A stretch of DNA of 64,000 nucleotides from Gekko japonicus (lineage: Eukaryota), in NCBI RefSeq assembly GCF_001447785.1, contig NW_015162104.1:1-64000 (forward strand), given 5' to 3'. The notes under the pieces are model-generated. The model searched no databases and was not told the origin of the DNA. It saw only the letters and a list, made by a program, of their open reading frames with translations. The position numbers and the translations under genes were made by a program. Shown in pieces: positions 63,501 to 64,000 of the stretch (position 1 is the first letter of the stretch; each line of letters begins with the position of its first letter).

Positions 63501-64000
63501 GAGAAAGTACAGAGAAAAGTGCATTTTCATGCTATTCCTGTACTTCAGGGTTAGCAAACATGCATCTGACTTGTGTTCTGTTGGGCTTGTCCTTAGGCAT
63601 GTTTCAAGAGAACAGCTGACTATCAATAAGCTCAAGAAAAGAAATAAAGACACTTCAGCAACATAGATGTTTTTGGCTGACTGTTTAAAAATAGGGTTGG
63701 ATCCAGGCTAATGTTCTGCAAGTACTTATGCTTGCCAAGCAAGATTCCCTTTCCCCCAGCCCAAAATGTCTCCTGAAATTATGTTTCTGGAGGTCCCCCA
63801 GAAATAGGGGGGGGGGCATTTCAAGGTGCTGCAAGGTGGTGAGGCATGAAAATTGGGCTGTGTAGATGGAGGTCCTTTTGCCCTTGGGTACAGATCTAGC
63901 CCCAGGTATGCTAGAGGCTGGCTGTATGTCAGGTTGGTTGGCATTTTAGGGGACATATACATTCCATAACTGAAAGTTGTTTTGTTACTCATGGTTAGCA

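Noticed and set aside
60343-64000. FAF2 exon 2 (DLTG...)
   Set aside because: No matching coding sequence with splice sites found; it is presumably beyond the window.

Overview
Eukaryotic (vertebrate) genomic DNA. The SINE/LINE content points to a squamate reptile, most likely a gecko (inference). The gene order matches the human ARL10-NOP16-HIGD2A-CLTB-FAF2 cluster. I reconstructed four complete spliced CDSs by hand with GT-AG boundaries and consistent phases: ARL10 (+, 4 exons, 238 aa), NOP16 (-, 5 exons, 180 aa), HIGD2A (+, 2 exons, 103 aa) and CLTB (-, 6 exons including the 54-nt neuronal exon, 227 aa). Only coding exon 1 of FAF2 (+) is present. Introns are dense in transposons: Sauria SINEs, Squam3-like and 5S-derived SINEs, Bov-B, L2/CR1, Penelope-like elements and hAT MITEs, often nested. 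There is one 238-N gap. Most notable observations: (1) a TSD-flanked 1.8-kb L1-derived element encoding ORF1 only (HAL1-like architecture), nested in a Sauria SINE in NOP16 intron 3, whose ORF1p ends in a Ser-rich tail with a PLKIKLT motif resembling BET ET-domain-binding peptides; (2) a minimal hammerhead ribozyme motif in a Penelope-like element; (3) a polyadenylated, TSD-flanked retrocopy of the 28S rRNA 3' end downstream of CLTB; (4) three tandem duplications clustered between the convergent ARL10 and NOP16 3' ends. Family names come from recalled motifs; no database search was run.
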